NCBI GenBank assembly: GCA_036803205.1
Contig: DAIRUS010000003.1
Location: 1-61,900 of the forward strand
Direction of reading: 5' to 3'
DNA length: 61,900 nt
Source of the DNA: a bacterium
GTDB lineage: Bacteria; Patescibacteriota; Minisyncoccia; Minisyncoccales; GBS-2
This document shows positions 53,324 to 61,698 of this stretch, in pieces (the stretch's first letter is position 1; the number at the start of each line of letters is the position of its first letter). The notes under the pieces were generated by a model. It made no database searches. It was not told the origin of the DNA and was given only the letters and a program-made list of their open reading frames with translations. The position numbers and the translations under genes were made by a program.

Positions 53324-56300
53324 TTAAATTTTCTTTATCGCTAAGTGTAAAGTTTGACCTTCAATTTTTATTTCTTTTTCCAGATCAAAAACAATTTTTT
53401 CTTTTTCCGAATAAAAATCTTTTATCTTTGCCTGAAGAGCAATGAGTTTCTGATTTTTAAGTAAAATTTCAGCCAAACTTCCCTCTGTGGAATATCTTAC
53501 CATAATTTTATCTTTTGGTCTAAATCCGGCCTCTTTTCTCATTGATTGAATGTAGCGAATAACTTCTCGCAAAATCCCTTCTTCTTTCAGTTCGGAAGTA
53601 ATTTTTGTATCCAATTCTATTTCTTTTTTAATTCTTCCATCAAAAACTATTTCTTTTACATTCACTTCCTCTTTTAATAATTTTAATAATTTATCATCAA
53701 ACCTAAGCTTTAAATCTTTTATTTTTAGCCTTGAAAGGGGCTGCCTCACTTTTATTTTTGCATTTGACCTTTCAGCTAAAACTAAAGTTGCCATTTCCCT
53801 GATTTTTTCCATTTTCTTTTCCAAATTCTTATCAATCAACTCTTTGTTTGCTTTTGACCAGTCAACTAAATGGATGGAGGTTGGTAGTCGAAAGTTAAAA
53901 CTCAAAAGTTTTTGATAAATGAATTCGCTTAAAAATGGGATAAATGGAGCGGATAATTTGCTGATGGTCAAAAGGACAAATCCTAAAGTTTGAGAAACTA
54001 TTTCAAGTTCTTTTTTTGTTTCTGGTTTTTGAAACCTTTCCCTTGACCTCCTAATATACCAAAGAGAAAGCTCATCAGCAACAAATTTTTCAATTAATCT
54101 TGCCCCTTTAGTTATATCGTAGTTGTCTAAACTTTCAGTAACATCTTGAATTAAAGTATTTAGTTTCGAAATAATCCATTTGTCTAAAACATTTTCCCCT
54201 CTCAGAGGATAAGACTTTCTTATTATTCTCCTAAAATTGGAAGTGGTCTTAGCATAGGTTTGGAAAAATAAAAAGCAATTCCAAAAAATGATTATGAATT
54301 TCCTTAAACTTTCTTCAATATCTTTTTCCGAAAATAGTTTTGCCTCGCCTGGTTGATTAATAGTGTAAAAATACCATCTGACAGCATCGACTCCGTATTT
54401 TTCAATAATATACCAGGGGTCAACTACGTTACCTTTTGACTTAGACATTTTTTCTCCCTTTTCATCTAAAACATGACCCAAAGAAATAACATTTTTGTAA
54501 CTCGGACCAAAGTCCAAAAGAGTAGAAATTGCCAATAGAGTATAAAACCAACCCCGGGTTTGGTCTATTCCTTCGGAGATATAGTCAGCGGGAAATAATA
54601 TTTTTTTAATTAACTTTCGATAGTTTTGGATTTTAAGCTCGAGGTTTTTGGTTTTAAAACAAGAAAGTGGGAAATGGGCTTGGGCAAAAGGCATTGCTCC
54701 AGAGTCAAACCAACAATCAACCACTTCTGAGACTCTTGCCATTAAATTGCCGCACTTTGGACAATAAAATCTTACCTCATCAATATACGGCCGATGAAAA
54801 TCTAATTCTCCTTTCTCATTCATTGGTAAAAATTTAAATTCTAATCTTCTTAACTCGCCATTTTTAATAATGCCCTTTTTCTTTTTTTCCGCAACTAATT
54901 CTTTTTTTGTTTGTCCCTTCAAGGCTCCTGCCAACAGCCAGAAAGGATCACCATGACCAACAATTAAGATTTTTTTATCCTGATATTTTTTATCAATTTC
55001 TTTTAAAAATTCAGTCATTCTCATTTGGCAATGAAGCCAACTTTCTCCTTTTGGTAACTTTTTTTCAAAGCGCTCTTCAGAAATTGGAAAATCCCGAAAA
55101 TATTCTTCTTTTGGTCGACCATGGTAAATGCCCAAATTAATATCTCTTAATCTTCTGTCGAAATTGACTTTTAATTTCAACTCTTTGGCTATAATTTCAG
55201 CAGTTTGTTTTGTCCGGAAAAAATCGGAAGAATAAATCAAATCAATCCCTAATTTTTTCAATTTCGGAATCACTCTTTTTATTTGCTCAACTCCCTCTTC
55301 TGTTAAACCAATGGGTTCTTTTTCTGGAAAAGGATAGGTCAGGTCTTTTTTTCTTGTTTGATAAATTGTTTGGCCATGTCTTAAGAAAAAATATTGATTG
55401 GTCGAAAATTTTTGAGAAAGTAAATCTCTTTTTCCGCCAATGACTTCTAAGTATTGGCAACTTTGGCATTGCCAAATTGGCAAAGGTGTCCCCCAATACC
55501 TTTCTCTCGATAGGGCCCAATCTTTTATTTCTTTTAACCATTCACCAAATCTCCCTTCTTTTAAATGTCCTGGAATCCAATTGATTTTTTGATTATTTTT
55601 GATTAAGTTTTCCTTCAGGGCGGTCATTCTAATAAACCAACTTTTTTTAGCATAATAAAGAAGGTGGCTGCGGCATCTCCAGCAAAAAGGATAATCGTGT
55701 TCGTACAATTCTTCCTTAAAAAGCAAGTTTCTCTCTTTGAGGTCTTCAATAATTAGTGGATCAGCTTTTTTGACGAAAAGTCCGGCCCATTTTTTGATAT
55801 CAAGCCTAAACCTTCCTTCTTCATCAACTGTTAACAAAATTGGAAACTCCGGCCTATTCTCCAATCGGTAATTTTCATTTACCAATTTTATTAATGCCAA
55901 GTCTTCCTCTCCAAAAGCCGGGGCAATATGAACCAAGCCTGTCCCCTCTTCCAATGAAACAAAATCAGCCGGAAGAGTTTTGTAAATTGTTATTCCCACC
56001 CGGGATTCAACCGGATAAAGAGGTTGATAGTAAAGATTAACCAAATCTTTTCCTTGAAACTCTTTTACAATTTCTCCTTGAATACCTGTAGCTTCAATCC
56101 GCTCTTTAGCCAGAATTAAAAACTCCTGGCCAATTTTTAATTTGGCATAAACGAAATTTTCATTTAGAGCAATGGCTACATTTCCTGGTAAAGTCCAAGG
56201 GGTGGTTGTCCAAACTAAAAGAGAGGTGTTTTTGAATTCCGGATTTAAAATGGGAAATTTAACATAGATTGAAGGCTCCTTTATTTTTTCGTAACCCAAA

Positions 56301-56866
56301 GCTAGCTCGTGACTAGAAAGAGAGGTTTGACACCGCGGACAATAAGGAACAACTTTAAAATCTTGATATAACAGTCCTTTTTGCCAAATGGTTTTTAAAA
56401 TCCACCAGACGCTTTCAATGTATTCAGGGGTATAAGTAATATAGGGGTCTTTCATGTCTAGCCAAAAACCAATCCTTTCGGTCAATTTCTCCCAATCTTT
56501 TTTGTATTGCCAGACAGATTTTTTACATTCTTCGTTGAATTTGGCAATGCCATATTTTTCTATCTCTCTTTTTGATTTCAATCCTAATTTTTTTTCAATT
56601 TCCAATTCAACCGGCAAGCCGTGAGTATCCCAACCCGCCCTTCTTAAAACTCTAAATCCTTGCATCGTTTTGTAGCGACAAATAATATCTTTAAAAACCC
56701 GACTCAAAACATGATGGATTCCCGGCTTGGCATTAGCCGTCGGTGGCCCCTCATAAAAAACAAAATCAATTTTCTTTTTTCTTCTTTTGATGCTATTTTC
56801 AAAAATTCTATTTTTCTTCCAAAACCTAAGTACTTTTTCCTCTAATTTTGGAAAGTTTATCTCCAT
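53324..56866 (-). CDS. ileS: isoleucyl-tRNA synthetase with an internal histidine-phosphatase-like domain
   Basis: PPTANAKPGIHHV (HIGH-like), CP1 editing region, WGTPLPIW, KMSKSKGN, anticodon-binding domain. 1180 aa, including an insert of about 196 aa (FLRHGQT...VGHGD). Confidence 0.9.
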   Translation of the reverse strand: MEINFPKLEEKVLRFWKKNRIFENSIKRRKKKIDFVFYEGPPTANAKPGIHHVLSRVFKDIICRYKTMQGFRVLRRAGWDTHGLPVELEIEKKLGLKSKREIEKYGIAKFNEECKKSVWQYKKDWEKLTERIGFWLDMKDPYITYTPEYIESVWWILKTIWQKGLLYQDFKVVPYCPRCQTSLSSHELALGYEKIKEPSIYVKFPILNPEFKNTSLLVWTTTPWTLPGNVAIALNENFVYAKLKIGQEFLILAKERIEATGIQGEIVKEFQGKDLVNLYYQPLYPVESRVGITIYKTLPADFVSLEEGTGLVHIAPAFGEEDLALIKLVNENYRLENRPEFPILLTVDEEGRFRLDIKKWAGLFVKKADPLIIEDLKERNLLFKEELYEHDYPFCWRCRSHLLYYAKKSWFIRMTALKENLIKNNQKINWIPGHLKEGRFGEWLKEIKDWALSRERYWGTPLPIWQCQSCQYLEVIGGKRDLLSQKFSTNQYFFLRHGQTIYQTRKKDLTYPFPEKEPIGLTEEGVEQIKRVIPKLKKLGIDLIYSSDFFRTKQTAEIIAKELKLKVNFDRRLRDINLGIYHGRPKEEYFRDFPISEERFEKKLPKGESWLHCQMRMTEFLKEIDKKYQDKKILIVGHGDPFWLLAGALKGQTKKELVAEKKKKGIIKNGELRRLEFKFLPMNEKGELDFHRPYIDEVRFYCPKCGNLMARVSEVVDCWFDSGAMPFAQAHFPLSCFKTKNLELKIQNYRKLIKKILFPADYISEGIDQTRGWFYTLLAISTLLDFGPSYKNVISLGHVLDEKGEKMSKSKGNVVDPWYIIEKYGVDAVRWYFYTINQPGEAKLFSEKDIEESLRKFIIIFWNCFLFFQTYAKTTSNFRRIIRKSYPLRGENVLDKWIISKLNTLIQDVTESLDNYDITKGARLIEKFVADELSLWYIRRSRERFQKPETKKELEIVSQTLGFVLLTISKLSAPFIPFLSEFIYQKLLSFNFRLPTSIHLVDWSKANKELIDKNLEKKMEKIREMATLVLAERSNAKIKVRQPLSRLKIKDLKLRFDDKLLKLLKEEVNVKEIVFDGRIKKEIELDTKITSELKEEGILREVIRYIQSMRKEAGFRPKDKIMVRYSTEGSLAEILLKNQKLIALQAKIKDFYSEKEKIVFDLEKEIKIEGQTLHLAIKKI

Positions 56867-56957
56867 ATATTTTTAGAATATCATTTTAACTAAATTTAAG
56901 CAAAATAGAAAAGTCTTCACCTTAATCAAAAATTCAATACCAAACTTCTTCCTCCTC

Positions 56958-57009
56958 GACACCCCTCAAATACTCCATTTAATTGCCATGGCATTTATTT
57001 GGAGTATAA
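56958..57009. repeat. left arm of a perfect 52-bp inverted repeat (type-2 palindromic element)
   Basis: The reverse complement equals 57626-57677 at 52/52 positions. Internal quasi-palindrome ATACTCCA-N6-TGCCATGGCA-N6-TGGAGTAT. Contains TTGCCA (56983-56988), a 16-nt spacer, then TATAAT (57005-57010). Confidence 0.95.
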
Positions 57010-57033
57010 TAAATATGGAGAAAGGTGGATTTT

Positions 57034-57606
57034 ATGAGTAAATATAAATATTATTTTAAAAAACCTAGGTCTGAAATTGTGAAAGATATTTTGAGTTGGT
57101 TAATGATTGGTGGGGCGGTTTATATTGCCGCTTCTTCCCCTTATTTTATTCACAATTTATTAAAAGCTTTTAAAAGAGGAAGACTATATCCTGAAAAGAA
57201 AGTTTATAATACATTTTATAAACTTCGAAAACAAGGGTGCATTAAAATTGAAAAAAAAGGAAAACAAATCTATATCTCTTTAACCGAAGAAGGAAAAAGA
57301 AAGGTTGGTTGGCTTCAAATAGATAGTTTGAAAATAAAAAAACCAAAAAAATGGGATAGAAAGTGGAGGATGGTTATTTTTGATATTTCTCAATTGAAAA
57401 AAATTTATCGAGAGGCTTTAAGGGGAAAATTGAAGGAGCTTGGCTTTTATCCTTTTCAAAAAAGTGTTTGGGTCTATCCTTATCCTTGTCAAGATGAAAT
57501 CGCTCTCCTTAGAGATTTTTTTGGTTTAACCTATAAAGAACTTTGTCTTATTACTGCTGAAAATATAGAGAAGGCGGATTTTTTACATAAAATTTTTAAA
57601 CTTTAA
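57034..57606 (+). CDS. PaaX-like protein: hydrophobic N-terminal segment + winged-helix + Cas2-like domain, paralog 2
   Basis: Same architecture as 3849-4430 (KKWDRKWRMVIFDI...LGFYPFQKSVWV). ATG at 57034 preceded by GGAGAAAGGTGG. The track start at GTG 57025 is also possible. Confidence 0.6.
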   Translation: MSKYKYYFKKPRSEIVKDILSWLMIGGAVYIAASSPYFIHNLLKAFKRGRLYPEKKVYNTFYKLRKQGCIKIEKKGKQIYISLTEEGKRKVGWLQIDSLKIKKPKKWDRKWRMVIFDISQLKKIYREALRGKLKELGFYPFQKSVWVYPYPCQDEIALLRDFFGLTYKELCLITAENIEKADFLHKIFKL

Positions 57607-57625
57607 ACTTTCAACTTATACTCAC

Positions 57626-57677
57626 TTATACTCCAAATAAATGCCATGGCAATTAAATGGAGTATTTGAGGGGTGTC
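57626..57677. repeat. right arm of the perfect 52-bp inverted repeat
   Basis: TTATACTCCAAATAAATGCCATGGCAATTAAATGGAGTATTTGAGGGGTGTC. Starts 19 nt after the stop codon. Confidence 0.95.
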
Positions 57678-57817
57678 AATTTTGAAAAGTTATTTTTTCT
57701 TAGAGAAAACTTTTCTAAAAAATTAAGGATGCCTTTTAGAATAATTCAAAAATAGTAAAATTATCCTTCTAACTTCTTTATGATTTTTTTATTGGCAACA
57801 TCTTTTGATTTTACTTT

Positions 57818-59434
57818 TCACATCCTTTCTGGCGCGGAAATTCCTATTAGAGAAAGAGTCTTTTTTAATACAATTTTAGTGGCTAAAATTAAAGACAGTC
57901 TTGCTTCCATTAAATCCTTATTTTCTGAAATCACTTTACAATCTCGATAAAATTGGTGAAAATTTTTAGCTAAATCAAGAAGGTATTGGGGAATCCTCTG
58001 TAATTGATAATCTTTAGCGCTATCTTCAATAATTTCCGGAAATCGAATAAGTTGTTTAATAAGGGTTAGTTCGCTGGGATGATTTAATAATTTCAAATTT
58101 TTAACTCTCGTTTTCCCTTTTGCGCTTTCCATCTTGGATTTTTTAGATTTTTTAAAGATGCTACATATTCTAGCGTGGGCATATTGAACATAATAAATTG
58201 GATTTTTCTCTGACTGTTCTTTTGCCAATTCTAAATCAAATTCCATTTGGGCATTGAGAGACTTTGTCAAATAAAAGAACCTAGCTACATCTAATCCTAC
58301 TTCATCAATCAATTCTTCCAAAGTAACTATTTCTCCTTTTCTCTTTGAAATCTTTCCCTTTTTTAATCTTACCAGCTGGCAGATTAAGATGTTTAAATCT
58401 CCCTTGTAGTTAAGAATTTTTGCTATTGCTTTAATTTTTGGCACGTGACCCTGATGATCTGCCCCCCAGATATTAATAATTTTTTTAAAACCCCTATCAA
58501 ATTTATCTTTATGATAAGCAATATCAGATAAAAAATAGGTTGGCTCGCCGTTTTGTCTAACAACGACCTCATCTTTTGGCGCGCCAAATTCTGAAATTTT
58601 TAACCATTCTGCCTCTTCTTTCTCATAAATTAAACCTTTCTTTTTTAACCAATGATAAATTTTTTTAATTTTATTTTTTTGATACAAATCTTCTTCCGAA
58701 ATCCAACTATCAAATTTAATCCGCAGTTTATTTTTAATAAAATTTTTAATATCTTTTTGAACCTCTTGAGCCAATAAATAACCTGCTTTCCCCGGGTTAG
58801 AAATTTTCTCCAGTTTTTCTTTGAGTTTCGTTATCCGGGATTTAAGATAATCATTTAAATAAACGACTCCTTTCCCTAAAGCAGTTTGACCCAAGGTTTT
58901 AATCTGAGTGTTCACTTTGGCATCATTAATATAATATTCACGGACTGTCTTATATCCCGCCCACTCCAAAACATTGGCTAAGGTATCGCCAAAAAATGCT
59001 CCTCGACCATTGCCAATATGAAGGGGACCAGTGGGATTAGCGGAAATAAATTCAACCTGGATTTTTCGATTTCTACCAATTTTTAATCTGCCAAATTTCT
59101 TCCCTTGTTTTAGAATCTCTCCAACCTGTTTTTGTAAATATTCCTTTGAAAGAAAAAAATTAATAAATCCTGGTTTAGCCACTTCAATTTTCTCAAAGAA
59201 CCTTTCGGTTTTTAAGTTTTTTAATTCTTCTACCACCCGATAAGCTATGTCCATCGGATTTTTTTTTATCTCCTTAGTAATTGTCATAGCGATATTAGTC
59301 GCATAATCTCCATGAATTTTCTCTTCTGAATGCTCAACCTGAATTTCCGGCATCTCAACTCCAGGCAAAACCCTTTCTTTTTGAAGCTTTTGTACTGATT
59401 TTTCAATTAAATTTTTAATCTTTTGACAAATCAT
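57818..59434 (-). CDS. argS: arginyl-tRNA synthetase
   Basis: SANPTGPLHIGNGR (HIGH). C-terminal DALR anticodon-binding domain ending ...GISAPERM. Confidence 0.9.
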   Translation of the reverse strand: MICQKIKNLIEKSVQKLQKERVLPGVEMPEIQVEHSEEKIHGDYATNIAMTITKEIKKNPMDIAYRVVEELKNLKTERFFEKIEVAKPGFINFFLSKEYLQKQVGEILKQGKKFGRLKIGRNRKIQVEFISANPTGPLHIGNGRGAFFGDTLANVLEWAGYKTVREYYINDAKVNTQIKTLGQTALGKGVVYLNDYLKSRITKLKEKLEKISNPGKAGYLLAQEVQKDIKNFIKNKLRIKFDSWISEEDLYQKNKIKKIYHWLKKKGLIYEKEEAEWLKISEFGAPKDEVVVRQNGEPTYFLSDIAYHKDKFDRGFKKIINIWGADHQGHVPKIKAIAKILNYKGDLNILICQLVRLKKGKISKRKGEIVTLEELIDEVGLDVARFFYLTKSLNAQMEFDLELAKEQSEKNPIYYVQYAHARICSIFKKSKKSKMESAKGKTRVKNLKLLNHPSELTLIKQLIRFPEIIEDSAKDYQLQRIPQYLLDLAKNFHQFYRDCKVISENKDLMEARLSLILATKIVLKKTLSLIGISAPERM

Positions 59435-59532
59435 ATTTTCAGTTTATCTCATTTTTCCCAAAAATAAAAGAGTAATTTAAAACCGAAATCTAAAATTTGT
59501 TGAAAATAATTCCTTTATGATAGACTAAATTA

Positions 59533-59982
59533 GTGAAAATAATTTCTGAAAATAAAAAGGCTTATTTTAATTATCAAATCGAGGAAATGCTTGAGGCGGG
59601 AATTGTTCTGATTGGTCAGGAGGTAAAATCTTTAAAAACAAGAGGGGTAAATTTGGCAGGCTCTTATGTCGTTTTAAAGGGCGAAGAAGTTTTTTGGGTC
59701 GGAGCTAAAATTGCTCCTTATCAACCAAAAAATGCACCATCGAATTATAATCCCGAAAGAACAAGAAAGCTTTTATTGAAAAAATCAGAGATTAAATATC
59801 TCATCGGCAAATCAAAGCAAAAGGGCTTGACTTTAATTCCTTTAAGAGTATATACTAAAAGAGGGAAAATAAAGCTGGAGTTTGGAATAGCCAGAGGGAA
59901 AAGAAGGGTAGACAAAAGAGAGTTAATTAAAAAAAGAGAAATAGAGAGGGAAATTCAAAGAGCATTAAAACAAAAACTCTGA
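59533..59982 (+). CDS. smpB: SsrA-binding protein
   Basis: NKKAYFNYQIEE, GIVLIGQEVKSL, LLLKKSEI. GTG start. Immediately upstream of tmRNA. Confidence 0.9.
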   Translation: MKIISENKKAYFNYQIEEMLEAGIVLIGQEVKSLKTRGVNLAGSYVVLKGEEVFWVGAKIAPYQPKNAPSNYNPERTRKLLLKKSEIKYLIGKSKQKGLTLIPLRVYTKRGKIKLEFGIARGKRRVDKRELIKKREIEREIQRALKQKL

Positions 59983-60043
59983 AAGAAAACAAAGAAAGTA
60001 CATAATAAAAATAAAAAGATTTAAATTCTTATCAAAACAGTTT

Positions 60044-60402
60044 GGGGATGATTGGAATCGATGAAGAGTTGACTAAAATAGGCAAACCGAGTATTCTCAA
60101 ATCTCGTTAAGCTTTGAGAAAAAGAATAAGTGCCAACTTATTCAGAGAACCAGCATTAGCCTACGCTTAATGGCTGATGCCATCGAGGTTGGTGACTCTC
60201 GCTAACCGACCACGGTGTTATAACCAGCGAGATAAATAGTTCTTTTGAAAATCCAAAAAGAACTATTAAGAGTTCTTAGGATTTAAGTATAGAAATTTTT
60301 GTCCAATTTTTAATTCTATACCTATTGACTAAATTGGACTAAGCTTGTAGAACTATTTTAGAAAAACTCTTCAGACGTGGGTTCAATCCCCGCCATCTCC
60401 AC
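60044..60402 (+). ncRNA. ssrA: tmRNA
   Basis: 5' GGGGATG pairs with 3' CATCTCC, including a G3-U pair. T-arm GTGGGTTCAATCCCCGC. Tag reading frame 60132-60170 encodes ANLFREPALAYA then a stop. Confidence 0.85.
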
Positions 60403-60407
60403 TAAAT

Positions 60408-60917
60408 TTGTTAAAAAAACCTTTAGTCAACAATCAAATAAGGGCAAGCGAGGTAAGAGTGATTGATGAAGAGGGAAAACAATTAGGCGTTTTACCAGTG
60501 GCTGAAGCGCTCCGATTTGCCAAGGAGCGCAATTTAGATTTAATCCAAGTTACGGAAAAGGTAGAACCTCCTGTTTGTAAAATAATGGATTATGGAAAAT
60601 ACCTTTATCGACTTGAAAAAAAAGAGAGACAAGCCAGGCTGAAAATGACCAGCGGAATCAAAGGGATAAGGTTGGGGTTCAACATTTCTTTGCACGATTT
60701 AGAAACCAGGGCAAATCAAGCCGAGAAATTTTTAAAAAAAGGAAAAAAAATTAAAATTGAGATAATTCTCAAAGGTCGAGAAAAAGCTCATGGAGAGTTA
60801 GCAAAAGAAAAAATTAAACAATTTCTGGAAATTTTAGGAAAAAAAATTTCAATAAAGATTGAAAGAGAATTGAAAAGAGAACCAAGAGGCTTTACGATGA
60901 TTATCTCGAAATCTTAG
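60408..60917 (+). CDS. infC: translation initiation factor IF-3
   Basis: NNQIRASEVRVIDEEGKQLGV, LDLIQV, PPVCKIMDYGKY. Non-ATG (TTG) start, as is usual for infC. Confidence 0.9.
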   Translation: MLKKPLVNNQIRASEVRVIDEEGKQLGVLPVAEALRFAKERNLDLIQVTEKVEPPVCKIMDYGKYLYRLEKKERQARLKMTSGIKGIRLGFNISLHDLETRANQAEKFLKKGKKIKIEIILKGREKAHGELAKEKIKQFLEILGKKISIKIERELKREPRGFTMIISKS

Positions 60918-60975
60918 TCCATAAATAACATCCGAATTGTCCCATTATTCAGACATTAATTCTTCCAACATTTTA

Positions 60976-61161
60976 ATGAAAACAAGAAAATCAATTATAA
61001 AAAGATTCAAAATTACCAAAACTGGTAAAATTTTAAGAAGGCCGACCGGTCTTGATCATTATTTAGCTAAAAAATCGGGAAAGAAAATTCGCCAGAGTCG
61101 AAAATGGATCCCTTTGTCAAAAGCTGAAGCAAAAAAAATAAAAAAGCTTTTAGCTTCTTAG
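60976..61161 (+). CDS. rpmI: 50S ribosomal protein L35
   Basis: MKTRKSIIKRFKITKTGKILRR. Start moved to the internal ATG. Confidence 0.85.
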   Translation: MKTRKSIIKRFKITKTGKILRRPTGLDHYLAKKSGKKIRQSRKWIPLSKAEAKKIKKLLAS

Positions 61162-61277
61162 GTGTTCATTGAAACTTATGAAATTTGATCGCTTCGCTCT
61201 CGACATTACCATACCAGTTTCTATCAATATCACAACCGAAAGCTACAAATATCTTATGAATATCTAAATATATCATT

Positions 61278-61622
61278 ATGGTAAGAGTAAAAAGAGGTAC
61301 AATTGCACATAAACGTAGGAAGCGTTTATTAAAACAAGCCAAAGGTTTTCGTTGGGGAAGGAAATCAAAATATCGACTGGCAAAAGAAGCTCTCTATCAT
61401 GCTTGGACCCACGCTTATCGAGGAAGAAAAGAAAAAAAGAGAAATTTCAGAACTCTCTGGCAAACCCAAATCAATGCTGCCTGCCGCCAATATGGCATTT
61501 CTTATAGCAAGTTTATTGCCGGCTTAAAGAAAAATAAAATTGAGTTAAACAGAAAAATTTTGGCAGAATTAGCCCAGAATCACCCTAAAATTTTTCAATC
61601 TGTTTTAGAAAAAGTAAAATAG
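61278..61622 (+). CDS. rplT: 50S ribosomal protein L20
   Basis: MVRVKRGTIAHKRRKRLLKQAKGFRG-type N-terminus. 114 aa. Confidence 0.9.
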   Translation: MVRVKRGTIAHKRRKRLLKQAKGFRWGRKSKYRLAKEALYHAWTHAYRGRKEKKRNFRTLWQTQINAACRQYGISYSKFIAGLKKNKIELNRKILAELAQNHPKIFQSVLEKVK

Positions 61623-61655
61623 TTTTCCCTATTTTTAATAAAATAATAAAATCAA

Positions 61656-61690
61656 AAACCCGCCACAAGGAAACGGGTTTTTATATTTTT
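61656..61690. terminator. bidirectional intrinsic terminator
   Basis: AAACCCG-N11-CGGGTTT with T-runs on both strands. Serves rplT (+) and the convergent partial ORF (-). Confidence 0.7.
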
Positions 61691-61698
61691 AATCTGTT

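Noticed and set aside
54809-55396. Intein as an explanation for the ileS insert
   Set aside because: There is no Cys/Ser/Thr at the N-terminal junction followed by intein block A, and no His-Asn plus Cys/Ser/Thr at the C-terminal junction. The insert instead carries the RHG...GHG phosphatase motifs.
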